DNA of 63,611 bases, filler included, from Craspedostauros australis (lineage: Eukaryota): the NCBI GenBank assembly GCA_030167865.1. It is 11 parts of 11 records of this genome, joined end to end, with 100 filler letters (N's around TTAATTAATTAA, not from the genome) between each part and the next. Parts side by side here need not be neighbours in the genome. Positions count along the whole stretch, not along the records: positions 61,864 to 63,611 come from JALAGF010002832.1; 10 more parts are not named here. The stretch is one strand, 5' to 3'. The translations under genes and the position numbers were made by a program. Below, piece by piece: positions 61,864-63,611 of this stretch (position 1 is the first letter of the stretch; each line of letters begins with the position of its first letter). The notes under the pieces were generated by a model. The model saw only the letters and a program-made list of their open reading frames with translations, made no database searches and was not told where the DNA came from.

Positions 61864-63174
61864 TTGAGTCGGAGCATCGCACTTGCTGTCGAACGTACAG
61901 GCAAAAGGAGGAACGCAATCAGATTTGCCAGAGAGGTCTGTGACAAGAACACACCAGTGTTTGGTCTGCCAGGAAGTCAACTTCGTGTCCAAAGCAGCCG
62001 ACAGTTCTCCACATTGAAGAGACGAAGCATCACAAGCTACATGTCATTCTTGGAAAAGGCTCACATCCAGCCAGGTGGGGGGACCCTCGCCGAGCTTGCG
62101 GATGATGGCAGCGATGACTTCGGCTGTGATGACATCAGTGACCTTGTTGACAGCCTCACCGACGCACTTGACTCCATCTCGCTGCACTCATCTACTGCTT
62201 CGTCGTCTGCAGCTTCTTCATCAGCTACTTCTTTGCCTGTGCGTGCATCCACAAAACCTGCTCTGTCAGCCAAAGACGCCACCCCCGCGCAAGCACAGCA
62301 ATCCAACGCCACCACGATGAATGCCAATTCTCTTTCTACCCCGTGCAAGACGGTGATCATCGAAAGCAAGCAATCAGAGACACCACAGCGTGTCCAAGTT
62401 GCTGAAGCAGCCTTCGCTTCCCCGGTTCCAGCGTTCTCTTCGCCGGTTCCAATCTTCGCGTCACCTGTCTTGACCCCGCATNGACATCGGAACAAGCACA
62501 TCGAGCAAGACCCGATGCTTGCTTCTTTGTTCAACAATGCTGANGATGGCACCAAGGCGAANCCNTACAAGATCCCNGTNAACCTCGACTTCCCTGAGCG
62601 CAATGGGCGTTTNCTCATTGATCTTGTCAATGACATGGGTGTGAAGAGCGGAAATTTCTCTGGGTATCACATCCGAGTCCCTTCTTCGATCCACGACTTC
62701 GACAAGTGGACTGCGGCAGTCCCTGTCGACATGCCATTGGTCGCCAATCGTGCCCTCATGATTCGCGGACCCAGCACGTACGGCTGGCATCGCAATCCGC
62801 ACGACTTCTACTTAACCGACGAAGAAGCTGGGAGCGCAAGAATTGCGCTTGGATCCACCATGGCAAGCATCGAAGGATCGGAGCATCGGAAGTACTCCTA
62901 CTGGCTTCTCATTTTCCCTGCTGGTGTTGCGTTCGACCACAACGTCTTCGAAAAACTCACNGACAACGCCATCCGCACTCACATCTCTGTGCAAGAGGCA
63001 GACGAAACCGCAACTGAGCTCGGGTGTGTCACTTATGGAGCATCGGCATACTGGAAAGTCGTGGTGCAAGGCGGTCGTTTGAATGCCAAGCCTGCCGCGA
63101 AGGGCATGAAGAACTATCTCGCCATGTTGAAGGCGAAGAAGACTGGCAGTGGAAATGGCGATGGCGACGTCTAG
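61864..63174 (+). CDS. Hypothetical protein (probable ATG at 62041)
   Basis: 436-codon open frame: acidic/Ser/Pro-rich N-half with three FxSPV repeats, globular-looking C-half; no family recognised; scattered single Ns. Confidence 0.6.
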   Translation: MSRSIALAVERTGKRRNAIRFAREVCDKNTPVFGLPGSQLRVQSSRQFSTLKRRSITSYMSFLEKAHIQPGGGTLAELADDGSDDFGCDDISDLVDSLTDALDSISLHSSTASSSAASSSATSLPVRASTKPALSAKDATPAQAQQSNATTMNANSLSTPCKTVIIESKQSETPQRVQVAEAAFASPVPAFSSPVPIFASPVLTPHXHRNKHIEQDPMLASLFNNAXDGTKAXXYKIXXNLDFPERNGRXLIDLVNDMGVKSGNFSGYHIRVPSSIHDFDKWTAAVPVDMPLVANRALMIRGPSTYGWHRNPHDFYLTDEEAGSARIALGSTMASIEGSEHRKYSYWLLIFPAGVAFDHNVFEKLXDNAIRTHISVQEADETATELGCVTYGASAYWKVVVQGGRLNAKPAAKGMKNYLAMLKAKKTGSGNGDGDV

Positions 63175-63355
63175 GTAGTAGTTGGCACAGCACAGCACAA
63201 CACAGAACAAGAGCAGCTGCAATTGGAACTGCAGCATCGACGTAACAGGATAATGAGTGAACATGTGTAGTATTGTATTGATTGGTATGTTGCCTAGTTT
63301 AGTGTCCTACTGATATGGTGGGGTTGGTGTTGNNNNNNGCTCTGCCTTGTGTCCA

Positions 63356-63610
63356 TCAGGCCATGCCCGGATTGCGAGGGATTTCATCAACACCAACGAA
63401 GCGATGATCCGCGTCATCGCCAAGCTGTACACGGATCTGCGATGCTTGCTTCATCTTCCGAATAAGGATGTTTTGGAAGCCTCCGATATCCCCAGTGTCG
63501 AGGATGTTGCACTCGCACATCGCCATCGCAAGCTTGTCGACCAGCTTGTTGATATCAGCATGCTGTTGCAAGATCGCCTCGACTTTGTTCTCTGGGATCT
63601 TGCGGCGCTT
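63356..63610 (-). CDS. C-terminal end of a hypothetical protein, convergent with the previous ORF
   Basis: Frame open to the window edge: KRRKIPENKVEAILQQHADINKLVDKLAMAMCEC... Confidence 0.45.
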   Translation of the reverse strand, partial: KRRKIPENKVEAILQQHADINKLVDKLAMAMCECNILDTGDIGGFQNILIRKMKQASQIRVQLGDDADHRFVGVDEIPRNPGMA

Positions 63611-63611
63611 G

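Overview
Eukaryotic DNA, most likely from a diatom. The evidence is GT-AG introns, bipartite plastid presequences, cyclase-phosphodiesterase fusion genes and CoDi-like Copia elements. The window is not one continuous locus: 11 contigs are joined by identical artificial 100-bp linkers (N44-TTAATTAATTAA-N44), so adjacency across linkers is unreliable, and two contigs are visibly mis-oriented overlaps. Genes: a DUF1501 C-terminus, plastid-targeted cold-shock and Nudix proteins, a membrane LRR protein, an F-box/SirB1-like protein, a head-to-head pair of membrane cyclase-PDE fusion genes, a GT77-like glycosyltransferase, a CRAL-TRIO protein, an ankyrin-BTB protein, a DDX42-like helicase, an RNI-like protein, a large secreted Cys-rich repeat protein, a class C GPCR-like ectodomain and several pseudogenes. 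The last 12 kb holds Copia retrotransposon pieces. Best leads: (1) one gene of the cyclase-PDE pair has lost the metal-binding Asp but kept the partner-subunit residues, suggesting a heterodimer or pseudo-cyclase; (2) a Copia LTR whose primer-binding site matches the anticodon arm of tRNA-Lys(CUU); (3) a nested insertion with AGTT...AACT ends and a 5-bp target duplication; (4) an 87-bp element shared between a Copia 3' region and the region upstream of a small spliced ORF. All family assignments come from motif recognition by eye; no searches were run.
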